Source of the DNA: Candidatus Eiseniibacteriota bacterium
GTDB lineage: Bacteria > Eisenbacteria > RBG-16-71-46
Length of the DNA stretch: 64,000 nucleotides
Assembly (NCBI GenBank): GCA_044222065.1
Contig: JBGAOA010000017.1
Location: 1-64,000 of the forward strand
Reading direction: 5' to 3'
Shown: piece after piece, positions 61,745 through 64,000 of the stretch
Position numbering within the stretch: position 1 is the stretch's first letter
Layout: each line of letters begins with the position of its first letter
Position numbers and translations under genes: made by a program
Notes under the pieces: model-generated
Told to the model about the DNA's origin: nothing
What the model saw: the letters and a program-made list of their open reading frames with translations, nothing else
Database searches by the model: none

Positions 61745-62585
61745 GGTTCTGTTAGAGCTTGAGCCAATCGGCCGCTGCGGCGAGGCAGAGGATGCCGAGG
61801 AAGGAGCGGGCGGTTTTCTCGTAGCGGGTGGCGACGGCGCGCCATTCCTTGAGACGTGCCCAGAGGTTCTCCACGAGGTGGCGATTGTTGTAGATCCAGG
61901 CTGGACAGGCGACGGGCGCATCGGTTCGCCTGGGTGGTATCGCGGGTCGTGCGCCCATGTTCCAAATGCGCTCGCGGAAGGCGTCGGAGGCAAAGCCCCG
62001 GTCCCCGACGATCCATCCTGGCGTGCCTGGCAGGCCGTCGAGCAGGCCCGGAGCCATGGGCAGCTCGTGTGCCTGTCCGGGGGCGAGCGCGAAGGCGATC
62101 GCCCGTCCACGCCCGTCGGCGATCACGCAGGCCTTGGTCCCGTAGCCGCCGCGAGATCGGCCAAGCGCCTCGCGCAGATCCCGCCCCTGGCTGTCGGTCC
62201 CCCTTTTTTCGCACCCGCCGCCTTGTGGTGGGCCCGGACGTTGCTGCCATCGATGAAGGTCATGCCCAAGGCCACGCCACGCTGCTGCACCAGCTCGAGC
62301 AGGCGATCCCATGCGCCTTGCCTCGACCAGCGGATGAACAGCTGCGCCGCCAGCCACCAGGGGCCGAGCTCGGCCGGGATGCTGCGCCACTTGGCGCCAT
62401 TCTGGTGCCGCCAGAATATCGCCGAAATCGTCCGCCGCAGTTCCTTCGGCGGTGTCTTGCCACGCGGGCGCACCTCCTCGATCAACGGCTCCCACACTGC
62501 CCAGGCCGCATCGGAGAAGATCTGGCTTCCGCTTCCATTCGTCATGCCTGCAACATAGGTGGCCTGATCAAGCTCTAACAGGACC
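61745..62585 (-). mobile_element. Complete IS5-family (IS427-like) element
   Basis: 18-bp terminal IRs GGT(T/C)CTGTTAGAGCTTGA; TA duplication in CTAG context; two overlapping ORFs. Confidence 0.9.
61752..62545 (-). CDS. IS5 transposase, probably expressed by -1 frameshift
   Basis: orfA 62123-62545 (WR.IPAELGPW, IDGS.VRAH); orfB (GRSRGG..TK, DRGF, R..VE.LW.RLK..R.VATRYEK); slippery AAAAAAG at 62203-09. Confidence 0.85.
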
Positions 62586-62588
62586 TAG

Positions 62589-64000
62589 CATTACAGTTGC
62601 GGTCTGGACCTGATGTGAGCTTCTCGGGCTGCGGCTTGGTGAGCGCGCCGCCACAACGACCAAGCGATCACGTGAGCGGGTTGAATGTGCCGCTGCGCCA
62701 AGCGCATCGCCACGCGCCGGATCTCTTGTACCGACCAGTGGATCAGAGCGCGGCCTGAGGCGTCCCCGTCCTCGTTTTTGGGGGCGGCATCTGGTTTGCG
62801 CGGTGGCGCACGGCCGCCATCATGGTGAAGGCGAGCATGACAAGCGAGACGTGGCGATGCCAGCCGTGCCATGAGCGTGTCTCGTTGTGCGCCAGCCCGA
62901 GCTCGGTCTTGGCGGTCTCGAACGCGTCCTCGATGGCCCAACGCCGCCCCTCGATGGCCACGAGCGTACCGATCGAGGTGCCGGCCGGGCACCAGGTGGT
63001 GAAGAACGCTAGCTCTCCGTCGGTCAGGCTGCGCCGGATCAGGAGCCCACGCGTCCACAGCCCTGACAAGCTGTCGTCGTACTCGCCTGCTTCGAGGTCG
63101 GCGAGCTCGCAGTAGGCCCACTCATACATGCGCTCACCCTTGGTGCCCGATCCCGCCGAGAGCCGCTGCCAAGCGGACGGGTCGAGCTCCTCGCCGATCT
63201 CTTTGGCCGTGCCAGCAACCTCGGGCTTGCCGATCCAGGAGTTGAACTGATGTGACCCGCTGACCCCCAGCACGTAGCCCTTGCCCACACGGCGCAGCGC
63301 CATCTCGATCTCGCCCACGCCGTAGACGCTGTCGGCGGCCACCCAGGCGAAGGGCACGCCGGCGCGGATGGCTCTTGCGATCATCTCGCGCGCGAGCTGC
63401 GGCTTGGTGGCGAAGGCGATCTCTTCAGGAACATGTGCGGCGGTTCTACGCACTCGATCATCGGTCCAAGTCTTCGGCAAGTAGAGCGCGCGATCGATGA
63501 AGGCATGTCCCTTGCTCGACACATAGGCCGCGAACACGCCGATCTGGCAGTTGGTGATCTTGCCCGCCGACCCCGTGTACTGCCGGGCCACGCCGCATGA
63601 GGCCTTGCCCTGCTTCAGGAACCCCGTCTCGTCTACGACAAGAACCGCATCCGGCTCGGCCAGGGTCTCGAGAGTGTAGTCTCGCACCACGTCGCGCAGA
63701 GCATCAGCGTCCCATGTTGCCCGTCCGAGCAGAGCCTGTTGACGCCAAGGCCCTGGGTCACCCGCGGTTTCCGCTCGCATCCAGCCCGTCTTGCGCCGCT
63801 CAGGGCCGAGCAAAGCATCGACGAACAGACCGGCCGAGGCCGCCATGCGCTCCTGCTGGAAGAGCGGCCTGATGCGACCTTTCACATCCCGCAACGACGA
63901 CGCCCACGCCTCCAGCGTTGCCTCGATCGAACCACCTGCCATCGCCGCCCCCATGATTCCCGAATTATGGGGCCAGTCAGGCAAAATCAGCTCAAAACCG
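62589..64000 (-). mobile_element. IS701-family element (other end beyond window)
   Basis: CTAG-CATTACAG terminus; transposase follows. Confidence 0.85.
62591..63984 (-). CDS. IS701 transposase with frameshifted C-terminus
   Basis: VDETGFLKQG..S.GVARQYTG, ADSVYG, RWAIE..FE.AK.ELGL; C-terminal WSVQEIRR...WSLWRRAHQ lies in another frame after CCCCCAAAAA. Confidence 0.85.

Overview
Positions 1 to about 60,250 are very GC-rich chromosomal DNA from a diderm bacterium. A FlgD-Ig-like C-terminal domain and a TSWGRIKSLYR-tailed secreted protein suggest Ca. Eisenbacteria or a related lineage (inference). The window spans the replication origin (dnaA-dnaN-dciA-gyrB-OMP-gyrA-rex), with DnaA boxes on both sides of dnaA and a DnaA-trio-like unwinding element. 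It also holds a complete phosphate regulon (phoBR, porin, two pstS, pstCAB, phoU), two OmpA/TSP3 paralogs flanking an aminoacyl-lipid synthase/esterase pair and map, a PsrA-like TetR with an ABC efflux operon, an M16 peptidase pair, corA, groES-groEL and assorted housekeeping genes. Inside groEL (about 60,250-60,262) codon usage changes abruptly, and the remainder looks alphaproteobacterial and mobile (IS256 remnant, TniR-like resolvase, IS5, IS701), suggesting a chimeric join. Best leads: (1) an unannotated ~265-nt, apparently promoter-driven, multi-helix RNA at 52,503-52,768; (2) an Ogt alkyltransferase with a QLSLF beta-clamp motif and a histone-H1-like tail; (3) a candidate C-terminal sorting motif; (4) a small AT-hook/FGSW-repeat gene with structured leaders inside the pho cluster; (5) recurrent leaderless gene starts. 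All calls come from reading the sequence by eye; no searches were run.
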